Positions 63,999 through 64,000 of a stretch of 64,000 nucleotides of DNA are shown one piece after another. Source of the DNA: Sulfurimonas sp. CG01_land_8_20_14_3_00_36_23. Its GTDB lineage: Bacteria; Campylobacterota; Campylobacteria; Campylobacterales; Sulfurimonadaceae. The stretch is taken from assembly GCA_002781365.1 (NCBI GenBank), contig PETN01000010.1:13556-77555 (forward strand), in the 5' to 3' direction. The notes beneath the pieces were generated by a model. That model made no database searches and was not told the DNA's origin. It worked only from the letters and a program-made list of their open reading frames with translations. Positions within the stretch are counted from its first letter, which is position 1. The number at the start of each line of letters is the position of its first letter. The position numbers were made by a program, and so were the translations under genes.

Positions 63999-64000
63999 AT

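Overview
64 kb of an AT-rich Campylobacterota chromosome. The proteins and gene order (metY-metX-xseB; flgH; rpsO/rrf2-flhA; amiA-fabX-tyrS-spoT-rpoZ-pyrH; rimO-tilS) point to a Sulfurimonas-like organism. It holds about 58 mostly core CDS, one tRNA-Val(GAC), and two accessory blocks. The first (about 33.4-38.3 kb) carries an HD-GYP protein, a frameshifted OmpR-type regulator and a periplasmic-sensor kinase. The second (about 49.2-53.1 kb) carries a lipoprotein ice-binding protein and a diguanylate cyclase. I found no IS, prophage, CRISPR or rRNA. The standout signal is not a gene: a non-palindromic motif, TTCCACATGCC(AA), occurs in at least 19 exact 11-mer copies (14 as the full 13-mer) plus at least 9 near-copies. 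It lies on both strands, inside core genes in five of six reading frames, and as inverted-pair hairpins between convergent genes. This is the architecture of the Neisseria DUS and Pasteurellaceae USS DNA-uptake sequences, but the sequence is different and I do not recognise it. A PilM/N/O-like operon runs off the right edge. All counts were made by eye and are lower bounds.
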